From Thermoanaerobaculia bacterium (lineage in GTDB: Bacteria; Acidobacteriota; Thermoanaerobaculia; Multivoradales; Multivoraceae), in NCBI GenBank assembly GCA_963664405.1, contig OY761158.1:288001-352000 (forward strand): DNA of 64,000 bases. Direction: 5' to 3'. Below, piece by piece: positions 26,978 through 36,111 of the stretch (positions are counted from its first letter, which is position 1; every line of letters begins with the position of its first letter). The translations under genes and the position numbers were made by a program. Under the pieces are notes generated by a model. The model saw only the letters and a list, made by a program, of their open reading frames with translations. It was not told the DNA's origin and did not search any database.

Positions 26978-27464
26978 GGGAGGTCGTGCAATGGTACGAG
27001 GCCGGGGCGCCGCCGTTACCACACCAGCTGACGGAGTTTGCGCGCTGCGGCTGATACCTCGCCGTGTCCCCCTCGTTGGTGTTGCAATAGCAGCGCTTGC
27101 AGGGGATGGCTCCACAGCAATCGTGGTAGGCAACGACGTAGCTCTTGCCGTCGCTCGGATTCAGGCAGGTTCCGGTCCAGGCGATCGGAGCCGCAACGGA
27201 TCCGGGCGGGCATTGGCTCGTCGTGCCGCCGCAGCAGGTGCACAGCCAACCGTCGACCGAGCAGTACGCCCAGTAGTCGCAGGTCTTCGAATCCATCGGG
27301 GTCTTCTCTGCTGCCTCCTGCGCGAAGGTGCGGTCTACAGGTAGAAGCGGCAGCAGAGCGCCACCGGCGATAACGCCACCGAGTGAGGCGAGGAGAGACC
27401 GCCGGGAGGTCTTTCCGGCGAGGTCGGCGGCCGCGTGAGCCGAGATCTTGTCGAACCAATTCAT
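26955..27464 (-). CDS. mauA: TTQ amine dehydrogenase light chain
   Basis: Tat leader TSRRSLL; CDYWAYCSVDG.LC.CCGG, AWTGTC (quinone Trp position), YHDCCG, VSWCG (cross-link Trp position), YHCT. Confidence 0.92.
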   Translation of the reverse strand: MNWFDKISAHAAADLAGKTSRRSLLASLGGVIAGGALLPLLPVDRTFAQEAAEKTPMDSKTCDYWAYCSVDGWLCTCCGGTTSQCPPGSVAAPIAWTGTCLNPSDGKSYVVAYHDCCGAIPCKRCYCNTNEGDTARYQPQRANSVSWCGNGGAPASYHCTTSRVLAIAE

Positions 27465-27471
27465 GAAAACC

Positions 27472-28110
27472 TCACGATCGTTGTTGTGAGCTCCCTGCGA
27501 GCCGCGCCGGGCCTTCGGCCTCGCGCTCGAGAAACTCTTGAATCGAGCTGACACCCAGTCGCTTCGCCTCGAACAGGCTCTCGACGTGCTCCCTACTGTT
27601 GGCGAGCCCTTGCGCGGCGATGACACCATCCTCGTCGAGCAGCACCGCGTAGGGGAGCTTTCCGATCTCGTAGGTCATGCCGAGCTCCGCTGAGAGCACG
27701 TATTCGAAGTCCTCCAACTGCTTTTCCCGGCGGAACTCGGCGTGCTTTGCGGGATCACCGTCACTTGCAAAAACGAGCCGGAGCCAGCTCGACTCCGCAC
27801 GCGCGATCGAGCGGAGTGCGGGAAGCAGCTGGGCGCATACCGGGCAATTGGGCGTTAGAAACGTAATCAGTGTGCTCTTTCCGCTCGGGTCGGGCGCACC
27901 GATTGAGACCGCCTCGCCGTCGAGGTTGGCAAGATGAAACTCCGGCGACTTCTCGCCCACTTGTACGTGTTTGCTGAGCATCAGAGCGCCGACCGGGCCC
28001 AGTCGCTGATGCAGCACGCCGACCTGTCGCGCCAGCGCGAAGCACACCAAGGCGAGGCACAGGATCGCGAAGCCTTGGATCGCGAGCAGGACCGCAACGG
28101 TGGTGGTCAA
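27472..28110 (-). CDS. mauD: Amine dehydrogenase accessory protein MauD
   Basis: ALARQVGVLHQRLGPVGAL, CPVC, GKLPYAVLLD, GLANSREHVESL. Confidence 0.92.
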   Translation of the reverse strand: MTTTVAVLLAIQGFAILCLALVCFALARQVGVLHQRLGPVGALMLSKHVQVGEKSPEFHLANLDGEAVSIGAPDPSGKSTLITFLTPNCPVCAQLLPALRSIARAESSWLRLVFASDGDPAKHAEFRREKQLEDFEYVLSAELGMTYEIGKLPYAVLLDEDGVIAAQGLANSREHVESLFEAKRLGVSSIQEFLEREAEGPARLAGSSQQRS

Positions 28111-28667
28111 GAGGCTCGCCCCCACAGCAGGCCGGAGTTCGCGATCAGCACGTCGGCGGTGGCGTAGATGGCGATGCCGAAGACCCCGAGCATGAAGGCA
28201 CCCGCGTAGTCCGCGAGCGCGAGCGAGCGCGGCACCGCACTCGGCACCAACAAGAGAGCCGCGGCCACGAGCACGAGATTGCGCCACACCAAGGGCCACC
28301 CGGCAGGCTGCTCGGCGTTGCCTGCCCAGGAGCATCCGCAGTCCTCGGGAGCGTTACCGCGCACCAGGCTCACGCCCATGCCGAGGGCGTAAACGGTGAG
28401 CAGCGTTGCCACCAGAGCGGCCGCCGCCAGGCCCGACGGATGGGCGGCGCACAGGCCTGCCGCAGCAAGCTCGGCAGCGACCAGCGCCGCGGTCACCGGG
28501 CCGGCGAGCGCAGACGAAAACGGTATGCCGAAGCCCTTCAAATAGTGCGAGGTGATGCCCGAAGTGGTGCGGAATTCTCGGAGCTTGTGCACGGCGGTGC
28601 CGAGAAAGAGGAGAGTGAGCGAGAGTCTCACGCCGAGCTGCACAACCGGGTCGATTGCAATGTTCAT
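28107..28667 (-). CDS. mauE: MauE membrane protein
   Basis: IDPV, AVHKL, DCGC, LVWRN motifs. Confidence 0.88.
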   Translation of the reverse strand: MNIAIDPVVQLGVRLSLTLLFLGTAVHKLREFRTTSGITSHYLKGFGIPFSSALAGPVTAALVAAELAAAGLCAAHPSGLAAAALVATLLTVYALGMGVSLVRGNAPEDCGCSWAGNAEQPAGWPLVWRNLVLVAAALLLVPSAVPRSLALADYAGAFMLGVFGIAIYATADVLIANSGLLWGRAS

Positions 28668-28674
28668 CGTACGC

Positions 28675-29856
28675 TCATGGCACCGGCAGAATCATGATCT
28701 GCGTGCCCGACAGCTCCTTATTGTCGGACAGCTCGCGAGACCGCACTCCGGTGCGCGCATCGTAGATATCCGCGAACTTGTACGCCGTTACGTACAGCAG
28801 CGGCGCGCGGTCTTGGCTCACTGCGATCGCGGCGGCGTAGCCGCGCTCCAGCTTGAAGCGATCGACCCGCTCGTGGCTCTGTTCGTCGAATACCCAGACC
28901 TCGCTGCCCAGGCCGCGATGGAAGTCGTAGCCCCCCGGCTTCGGCTCGAGATCTGGCACGGCGCCCATCAACACGAAGATTCGGCCTGATGCTGTATGGA
29001 CCGCGAGGTGCTGCGAGGGCGCGGCGGGGACCCAGACCCCGGCTTCATCGCTCTCTCCGAAGTTCCAGGGCTCCAGGAAGCGAATCTGTCCGCCGCTGGT
29101 GTCGACGGCATGCATCACGCCACGGACCGACGCGAAGTACCAGACATCTCCTGAGCGCGCCCCGGTGCCATGCAGGGGATCTCCTTCGGCGTCGAAGAAG
29201 CCTCGGTGCCGCTGCCTTGCCTTCTCGGTCCCAGAGTTGTCCAGGTCTACCGTAAGCAGCGACCCGTCTCCGCACAGCGAGAAGAATCGCCGCGATCCCG
29301 CCGCCATCACGTGAGCGCAGCCTGCGGTCTCGATCTCCCCCACGTACTCTCGCAACGCGAGATCGACGACCCCGAAGGTCAAGGCGGGGGTGAAGAAGGA
29401 CTGCAGTAGGAAGCGATCATCGTCCGTCAGAGTGGTGAGATTCGTGCTCGGCAAGCCCCGCATCGACTTCGGGGCGATCTCGATCTCGCCCTGCTTGGCG
29501 AGCGTCTTGGGATCGAAGATCTCCACTACATCGGTGCGCTCGCCGTGGAAGCCGCGCGAGAAGTACATACCGACGTTGTAGATGGCGTCCCCGGAGCGGG
29601 AAAGCTGGGGCAGAATGCCTTGGTACCCGAGCTCCAAGGTGCCGAGAACTACACCCGAGTCGGCGTCGACGAGGGTCCCGTGGCCGTAGTCGACAAACGA
29701 GCAGAACCAGACCCAATGCGCACCCGCCGGTTTGTCCGGGAGCACTAGGACTCCGAGCGGCTCCGGCAGCGAAGCCGGGTCGATGGTCTGAGCAGAGGAC
29801 GCGGCGACACCGGCCCCCATCGAAGCAACAAGAACGAGCCCGAGCCCTCTTCTCAT
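28675..29856 (-). CDS. mauB: TTQ amine dehydrogenase heavy chain
   Basis: YFSRGFHGERTDVVEIFDPKTL, FFTPA, TAGC, SLCGDGSL. Confidence 0.9.
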   Translation of the reverse strand: MRRGLGLVLVASMGAGVAASSAQTIDPASLPEPLGVLVLPDKPAGAHWVWFCSFVDYGHGTLVDADSGVVLGTLELGYQGILPQLSRSGDAIYNVGMYFSRGFHGERTDVVEIFDPKTLAKQGEIEIAPKSMRGLPSTNLTTLTDDDRFLLQSFFTPALTFGVVDLALREYVGEIETAGCAHVMAAGSRRFFSLCGDGSLLTVDLDNSGTEKARQRHRGFFDAEGDPLHGTGARSGDVWYFASVRGVMHAVDTSGGQIRFLEPWNFGESDEAGVWVPAAPSQHLAVHTASGRIFVLMGAVPDLEPKPGGYDFHRGLGSEVWVFDEQSHERVDRFKLERGYAAAIAVSQDRAPLLYVTAYKFADIYDARTGVRSRELSDNKELSGTQIMILPVP

Positions 29857-29875
29857 CGCGACCGTGGCGGCAGGG

Positions 29876-30394
29876 CTACTTCTTTCGCTGCCAAAAAAAC
29901 TCATACTCGGTCTCCCAGGTCTTTCCGTTGTCGGTCGAGAGCACCGAGACCTCGCGCAGACGTCCATCGGGCAGCTTGAAGTAGCTGAAGCGGCCCGACT
30001 TACCCTCGTCCAGCTCCCGCGTAGTGAAGCGGAACTCGTTGCCGATGATGGCTCCGTCTTCGAAGCGCTGGCGCAGCCCACCCGGGTTCGCCGACGCGGA
30101 AAAGTACCCCCAGTCACCCTTCTTTGGGTTGTAGGCCATCATGCAGAAGAAGTCCGGCATGCCTTCGGATATGCCCTTCCAGGTCTCGACCAGGTAGCAG
30201 CCGTCGTCTCCTTTCTCGAAGACCACGCTGGAGATAGGCGAGCCATCGCCGGCTGTGACGTCCCATTCTCCCACCAGGAAGTGGGCGTCGGCACAGGCGG
30301 GGTCCGCAGACGGTTGCGCGCCGGCACTCGGCCCACCGAAGAGCGTGACGGCGGCTGCCAGTGCCGTCAACCCAAGAACTCCCGTAAAACTCAT
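29876..30394 (-). CDS. Secreted hypothetical protein (DUF1579-like), first gene of the mau operon
   Basis: Signal peptide; paralog of 3055-3534 (both end WQRKK). Confidence 0.7.
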   Translation of the reverse strand: MSFTGVLGLTALAAAVTLFGGPSAGAQPSADPACADAHFLVGEWDVTAGDGSPISSVVFEKGDDGCYLVETWKGISEGMPDFFCMMAYNPKKGDWGYFSASANPGGLRQRFEDGAIIGNEFRFTTRELDEGKSGRFSYFKLPDGRLREVSVLSTDNGKTWETEYEFFWQRKK

Positions 30395-30484
30395 GTCACA
30401 TTCCTCCTCGAAATGTCAGCGCCACTTCGGCGGAAACCCTCTAAGTATTCATCCCCACACGCATGCCCGTCCGGACAGCGCGGC

Positions 30485-30574
30485 TCGACCATTGTAGTCC
30501 AAGAGGTTGAATTTTGCCTCGCCCCCGAGGCTCGAGGAAGGTGCGATGCGGACGAGACCCGGTGAAGTGAGGAC
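30485..30574 (-). repeat. ~90-bp upstream element, copy 1
   Basis: Homologous to 38351-38441; includes TGCGGAC.A.ACCCGGTGAAGTGAGGAC (26/28 identical); minus-strand TGGACTACAAT. Confidence 0.75.
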
Positions 30575-30705
30575 GGAGACTTGGCGCCGTTGACCGTTCG
30601 GAGTTGGCGATGTAGCGTGATCCCCTGCTGACCAAGAATGGAAGTCGTTTTCACCGAGCCGTGACGATCGGTGCCCCTGAGGTGTCTACAGCGGAGGACT
30701 CAGCC

Positions 30706-32421
30706 ATGGACTGCTTATCAGAACCGGGACAGCTCCAGATCAACCGTAGGCTCGGCGGAAGGTGGGCGGCCTTGCTCATTCTCGGAGCGCTGACCCTCAC
30801 CTTCTCTGCGCAAGGAGCCGATTGGCCGCAGTGGCGGGGGCTCCAGCGCGACGGAGTAGCCGCCGAAAGCGAGCTGCCGGCGGAGCTTCCGGCCGCTCTC
30901 CACGGTCTCTGGAAGGTCCACGTCGGCCAGGGCCAGTCCTCTCCGATCGTCGTCGGCGACCGCGTTTTCATCCACACCCGTCAGGGTGAGGAAGAAGTCG
31001 TGCTCGCCCTTTCGGCGTCCACCGGCAAGGAGCTGTGGCGGCATGCTTACTCGGTTCCGTACGTACCGGCAAACGCGGCCATCCAGTATGGTCCCGGGCC
31101 CAAGTCGACGATGTTGGCCGATGGCGATTCGGTCTACAGCTTCGGCATCCGCGAGCGCCTCCTGGCATTGGATGCCAGCTCAGGGGCGGTGCGGTGGGAG
31201 AAGACCTACGAAGACACCTTCGACCCGCCCTACCCGACCTGGGGGACCGCAGCGTCGCCTCTGGTCGAGGGAAGCTTGCTCATCGTCCCGGTCGGCAACA
31301 CCGTTGCAGGGAAAGAAGCTGGAGCTCTGGTCGCCTACGACAAGACGACCGGAAAGGAGGTGTGGCGGGCGGACGGAGCTCCCGCCTATGCCTCGCCCAT
31401 GGCCTTCACTCACGGGGGGGTGCGCCAGATCGTGACCATGGACGACCTCGCCTTCTTCGGTGTTCGGGCAAGTGACGGCGAGCTACTGTGGTCGACCGAG
31501 TTCGAGACCTCCTTCGACCAGAACACGCCCACCACCATCCTCCACAACGGCATGTTCATCCTTTCGGGCTACCAGTGGGGAACCGCTGCGCTCAGGGTCG
31601 AGCCGCCGAAGGGGCCACACGACGGAGCTTGGAAGGTGAGCGAGGTGTGGAAGACAACGAAGGCGGAGCTCTACATGGACTCTCCGGTGCGCGTCGGTGA
31701 CCATCTGTACTTCCGCTCGAACAAGAGGGCCGGCACCTTCGTCTGTCTCGATCCCGCTACCGGGGAGATTGTCTGGCAAAGCCCCGGGCGGTGGGCAGCC
31801 TACGCGTCGGTGATCGCCGTGGGGGATCGCCTGCTCGTGCTCACCGATGGCGCCGAGCTCAAAGTCATCGCGGCCGACCCCGAGGCCTACCGCGAGCTGG
31901 CCTCCTGGGAAGTGGCGACTTCCACCACCTGGGCGCACTTGGCGCTCTCCGGATCGAGGCTGTACGTAAAGGACGAGGAGCACCTGACGAGCTTCGACCT
32001 GGCGGCGCGCCATACCGAGGCGACCGACAGCTCGGCGACGCGCACCGCCGCCCAGGAGCAGCGGCGTGGGAAGGCCGGCGGCGCGCACGACACCGCGGCG
32101 GTGCAGACCACGATCCGTCAAATGCTGGACGCGATGGCGGCCGGAGAGATGGATCGGATGTTCGACTATCTCGCGGAGGATTTCAGATCCTACAGCGGCG
32201 CTTCGAAAGAGATCTTCAGCAAGTACCTCGGCGATACCACCGGCACCAAGGTCGAGAGCGAGGCGATGAAGATCGAGTGGGAAGGTGCGACCGCCAACGT
32301 CACCGGTGTTCGTTGGATTACCGGCTCGTTGAACTTTGGACTCGAGATGCTCGTCGACGAGTACGACGGAGAGTGGCGCGTCACCTTTATGGACTTCGAC
32401 AGCAGGGACATCAACAGGTAG
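30706..32421 (+). CDS. Secreted PQQ/BamB-like beta-propeller with C-terminal NTF2-like domain
   Basis: Close paralog of 10461-12170; GGAGG RBS before ATG 30706. Confidence 0.85.
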   Translation: MDCLSEPGQLQINRRLGGRWAALLILGALTLTFSAQGADWPQWRGLQRDGVAAESELPAELPAALHGLWKVHVGQGQSSPIVVGDRVFIHTRQGEEEVVLALSASTGKELWRHAYSVPYVPANAAIQYGPGPKSTMLADGDSVYSFGIRERLLALDASSGAVRWEKTYEDTFDPPYPTWGTAASPLVEGSLLIVPVGNTVAGKEAGALVAYDKTTGKEVWRADGAPAYASPMAFTHGGVRQIVTMDDLAFFGVRASDGELLWSTEFETSFDQNTPTTILHNGMFILSGYQWGTAALRVEPPKGPHDGAWKVSEVWKTTKAELYMDSPVRVGDHLYFRSNKRAGTFVCLDPATGEIVWQSPGRWAAYASVIAVGDRLLVLTDGAELKVIAADPEAYRELASWEVATSTTWAHLALSGSRLYVKDEEHLTSFDLAARHTEATDSSATRTAAQEQRRGKAGGAHDTAAVQTTIRQMLDAMAAGEMDRMFDYLAEDFRSYSGASKEIFSKYLGDTTGTKVESEAMKIEWEGATANVTGVRWITGSLNFGLEMLVDEYDGEWRVTFMDFDSRDINR

Positions 32422-33091
32422 GCCGCCGTCGCACCACCATCGCCACCTCGGCCAGGGCATCGAGGCCGATGCCGCGGTCACGGAGCTCTTGTAGGGCCTC
32501 GCCCAGAGCATCGCCAAGCTCGCCGGCGAGGAGGGCCGGGAGGCGGGCCCTCAGGTCGCGGTCGCACCAGCGGGCGACTGTGGTGAAGCCGTGCTCTTCG
32601 TAGACCGAGGCCGGGTGGCCGCCCATGAACATCGCCAGCGGCCGGAACGGCGGCACCGCCTTGGCTACGATCGCCTCCACGCCGGCGTCATCGGCCCAGC
32701 GGACGAGCTCCCTCAAGAGATCAACGCCGATGCCGCGCCCGTGATAGCGCGGATCACGCTCCTCGCCGCTAGCGAGTTGGCCCACGTGGTAGCAGAAGAG
32801 GTTGATCGTGCGCGCGGGCAGAGGTGGGCGCTCGGCCTCGTGAAAGTCGCCCCAGTAGAGCGGGTCCATGATGCCCCTGGGAGAGCGTAGCTCGGGATCG
32901 TAGCGGCGAAACTGGAGCTGCCCCACGTGCTGGTCGCCATCGAAGACGAGCATAGCGCTCGACCCCAGGTCTGCGATGCGCCCGCGCACCTCGTCAGCCG
33001 TGCCCTGGCAATCGATGGGGGCACGGCCGACGTCGGCGGTGGTCATCAGTCGGTAGTGCATCCCGGTCGGAAGAGTGATGGTCTTTTCCAT
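32411..33091 (-). CDS. GNAT family N-acetyltransferase
   Basis: PRYHGRGIGVDLL motif A; YEEHGF. Confidence 0.75.
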   Translation of the reverse strand: MEKTITLPTGMHYRLMTTADVGRAPIDCQGTADEVRGRIADLGSSAMLVFDGDQHVGQLQFRRYDPELRSPRGIMDPLYWGDFHEAERPPLPARTINLFCYHVGQLASGEERDPRYHGRGIGVDLLRELVRWADDAGVEAIVAKAVPPFRPLAMFMGGHPASVYEEHGFTTVARWCDRDLRARLPALLAGELGDALGEALQELRDRGIGLDALAEVAMVVRRRPTC

Positions 33092-33193
33092 CGAGCATCG
33101 CCGATCTTAGCTCGTCTTCAACGAAGCGCCTGAAGACGGATCCGGGGTGGGATAAACTGCCGCGAATTCCTGATTCTCAGAGAGGGGCAAGGC

Positions 33194-33829
33194 ATGGAAA
33201 TCATCCAGGCAACCGAGGCACACACGGAGCGATATGCCGATGAGTTCGCCGACCTGTTGTATGCCACCGGACCGGTGACCTACGAATACCAATTCGACGG
33301 CCGCGACTTATGCGATGAGATCGTCAAGGCCTCGTGGCGCGTGCCGGGGACTTTGTTCGGCTACGACGGCACCAGGCTCGCGCTCGACGGTGACGAACTG
33401 CTCGGCATCGAAGTCGGCTTTCACGCCCCCGAGTTTCAACATCGGAAAAAGGCTCTGGCACCGCTGTGGTCACCGCTGATCGAAGCAGGCGGGGTCTCCT
33501 CGGAGAGGCTCGGACGGATTGCCGAACGCACCTATCAGTGCGGCTATCTGAATGTCGCCATCCCTTCGAGCGTGTACTACATCCACGCGCTCGCGGTGAA
33601 GGAAGACCACCGCAGAGAGGGCATTGGCGCGGAACTGATGCGCAACGCAATCGACCTAGGTTTGGGCGCGGGTCTACGCGCGCTGCACCTCGATGTCCTG
33701 TCGGACAATCCGGCGGTCGAGTTCTACCGTTCCCTGGGAATGGAATGCCTGGTCGAGACCGTCGCTCCCGTGCCCCGCCAGAACGGCATCCCGATGGAGA
33801 TGCGCATGGCGATGAACCTCACCCAGTAG
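33194..33829 (+). CDS. GNAT family N-acetyltransferase
   Basis: YIHALAV..DHRREGIGAELM, LDVLSDNPAVEFYRSLG. Confidence 0.88.
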   Translation: MEIIQATEAHTERYADEFADLLYATGPVTYEYQFDGRDLCDEIVKASWRVPGTLFGYDGTRLALDGDELLGIEVGFHAPEFQHRKKALAPLWSPLIEAGGVSSERLGRIAERTYQCGYLNVAIPSSVYYIHALAVKEDHRREGIGAELMRNAIDLGLGAGLRALHLDVLSDNPAVEFYRSLGMECLVETVAPVPRQNGIPMEMRMAMNLTQ

Positions 33830-33848
33830 AGGAGCGGCGTTCCCGATC

Positions 33849-34958
33849 TCAAGCCGGACTAGTGACTCGGTGGTAGAGCCGGGTGTTGAAATCCCTGATG
33901 AGATCGACTGCATCGGTTTGCGGCTCATCAAAGCGATCTTTCAGACCGGCCTCTCTGCACCTGTTCTCTATGTAGCCGCACCAATGCCAACCAATCATGA
34001 AGGATTGCGCAAAGCACTCGCCGGCCCACCTGACGTAGTTCTCTCCACGCTCCCGTTGGGTCTTGATGCCATGGGGGTTTTCTCGCCCAAAAGCTCTGAC
34101 GTGAAACGCGACATCCGCATTGACCACCGGTTTGTTCGTCAGCCGATGCCACGCCTCTGAGAGGGGTATGAAATCGTCAAGAGGTGGAAAGTGCTGAATC
34201 GATAGTACGTCCACAGTCGGAATCATGACTTCGAGGACGACCTCCGGCAGAGGAGCTTGACCGTCGTAGCGATCACCCAGAATGAGGTGGTTGGTGTCGT
34301 ATTTTCTAACCGCATCGTGGGTGACCTGGTAGTAGCGAGTAGCCATCTTGTGGAATTCGGCTCTCCCGGATGCAGATTCCAAGTCAAACATCCCAGACCA
34401 GCCTTTGTCATTTCGGTATCTACTTGTACTCCATGAAGGGATGTCCGAATAGAAATAGCCGATGAGCATAGGATCGTTGGCCATGTCCGCGCAGCAGTGT
34501 CGGGCCTGAAAATCGCACCAGTGCTCGAACTCTCTGCTGAACACGTCAGGAAATCGCGGATACTTGTTCCACATCTCCATTTCGGTGAAAGGAATGGCAT
34601 GGCAATAGGGCATGCCGACCCACCGATACTGGTCATGGCGCCATGGGAAAGTGTGGGTCCGTTTTGCGACATGAACCTCCTGTGACCATCCGACCGTGTT
34701 GAAGCCCCAATCCTCCAGATCCTGGTGGACACCACGTTCACAGAAGGACCTCTCATCCCCATACTTTTCCTTCCAGACATGGACGTTGTCGGGGTATTTC
34801 AGACACGATGAATCAATATGATTGACCCCCAGCGACAGGAAACCATGCCCATCCGGGGTGATGAACCACCACCGACCCTCGACTTCTTCTACTCGAAAAA
34901 AACCGGTCGCCTCGGAACGGATCTCCGCACAGCCACCAAAGCGATCTTTCTCAGACAT
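33849..34958 (-). CDS. Agarase-like glycoside hydrolase (GH50-like), no signal peptide
   Basis: TGFFRVE...RWWFITPDG..FLSLGVNH, WGFNTVGW, DPMLIGYF, DTNHLILGDR, IGWHWC; visibly lower GC than its flanks. Confidence 0.7.
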   Translation of the reverse strand: MSEKDRFGGCAEIRSEATGFFRVEEVEGRWWFITPDGHGFLSLGVNHIDSSCLKYPDNVHVWKEKYGDERSFCERGVHQDLEDWGFNTVGWSQEVHVAKRTHTFPWRHDQYRWVGMPYCHAIPFTEMEMWNKYPRFPDVFSREFEHWCDFQARHCCADMANDPMLIGYFYSDIPSWSTSRYRNDKGWSGMFDLESASGRAEFHKMATRYYQVTHDAVRKYDTNHLILGDRYDGQAPLPEVVLEVMIPTVDVLSIQHFPPLDDFIPLSEAWHRLTNKPVVNADVAFHVRAFGRENPHGIKTQRERGENYVRWAGECFAQSFMIGWHWCGYIENRCREAGLKDRFDEPQTDAVDLIRDFNTRLYHRVTSPA

Positions 34959-34983
34959 AGCGATTCCCTCTACAGTGCAGCGA

Positions 34984-36081
34984 CTACAAAACTCTCAACT
35001 CGCTTTGCTCATTGGCAAGCGTAATGTCGGTGAAGCTTGCGCGTGCGACGCGGTGATGAAAGGTGCTTAGCGCGATCAGCCAGATCCCGGTGACACGCGC
35101 CGGCGGTGGTCCCATCGCTTCGGCGACATCCTCGTACACGTTGCGCGTCTCCGCGTACCAGTGGCCGAGGCTGTCGCCGCGCGAACGGATCACGAAGTGC
35201 GTTTCGCGCTCCCTCCACACTTTGACCGGGCACGGAAAGTGCTCGCCCGGCTCGAGGCAGCTGCTCCAGATCCAGGTCAGGTCACGCCCATTGTCGAGCT
35301 CGGCGGCGACTGAAATATAGTCGTGTGAAATCACCTGGTCTTCCGGATCGCGGCTGGGGTGTTCGTCTACCCGCCACCGCCAGTGGATCGTCGTCGTCGG
35401 CGTCAGTGGAAAATCGATCGCGCGGCGCAGGATCCCTTGATCGTCGTCGGCATGGGCGTGGATTACGAGACCAGCGGACGAGTCCTCCTCGCGATACAGA
35501 TCCGCGTACCCGGTCTCGTGAAGATAGCCCCAACCCGACGGCGGCGCCAGAGGATGCCGAAGTCGCTCAGCCTCGGCGCTGATGAGCGCCGGCACCGGGC
35601 CCTCACGCTGCATGCTTTCGAGAACGAGCAGCGGGTCGCCGTCGAAAACCGCGACCGCGGCCCCGAGGGTACCCTCGAGGTTCTGGTAGAGAGCGGTCGA
35701 GGAGCGCAGGGTCCCGAACTCGTCGGCCCACATGCCCATATAGATGCCAAGCTCCAAGGTGCCGTCGGCATCCGCGACGAAGGTTCCGGTGTCGGCACGC
35801 AGGTTCACCGCGCGACCGCCCGGTTTGATGCGCGCCCATAGATGGAATCGCGGTCCCCCGTGCAAATGCGGATAGCGCTCCGACCACTGAATGCGACCCT
35901 CGGCAAACACGCTATAGGCCTGCCCCCGCTGCAGCTGCAACCCGGTCGATTGCCACGGCGACTGATTGCCCGGCAACGCCATGCGGGTCGCTGCGGCAAT
36001 CTGACCACGACCGGTAAAGCGGCGAAAGAATTCGGCGATGTCGAGGGTTTGCGCAAGGCTAGGAAGGCTCGTTGGAGTCAT
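34984..36081 (-). CDS. DUF3047-like domain protein
   Basis: WRWRVD..P, LTWIWSS, W..ETRNVYED motifs in the C-terminal half. Confidence 0.7.
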   Translation of the reverse strand: MTPTSLPSLAQTLDIAEFFRRFTGRGQIAAATRMALPGNQSPWQSTGLQLQRGQAYSVFAEGRIQWSERYPHLHGGPRFHLWARIKPGGRAVNLRADTGTFVADADGTLELGIYMGMWADEFGTLRSSTALYQNLEGTLGAAVAVFDGDPLLVLESMQREGPVPALISAEAERLRHPLAPPSGWGYLHETGYADLYREEDSSAGLVIHAHADDDQGILRRAIDFPLTPTTTIHWRWRVDEHPSRDPEDQVISHDYISVAAELDNGRDLTWIWSSCLEPGEHFPCPVKVWRERETHFVIRSRGDSLGHWYAETRNVYEDVAEAMGPPPARVTGIWLIALSTFHHRVARASFTDITLANEQSELRVL

Positions 36082-36111
36082 TCGATGTACCACAGCCGGA
36101 GCCGAAGCGGC

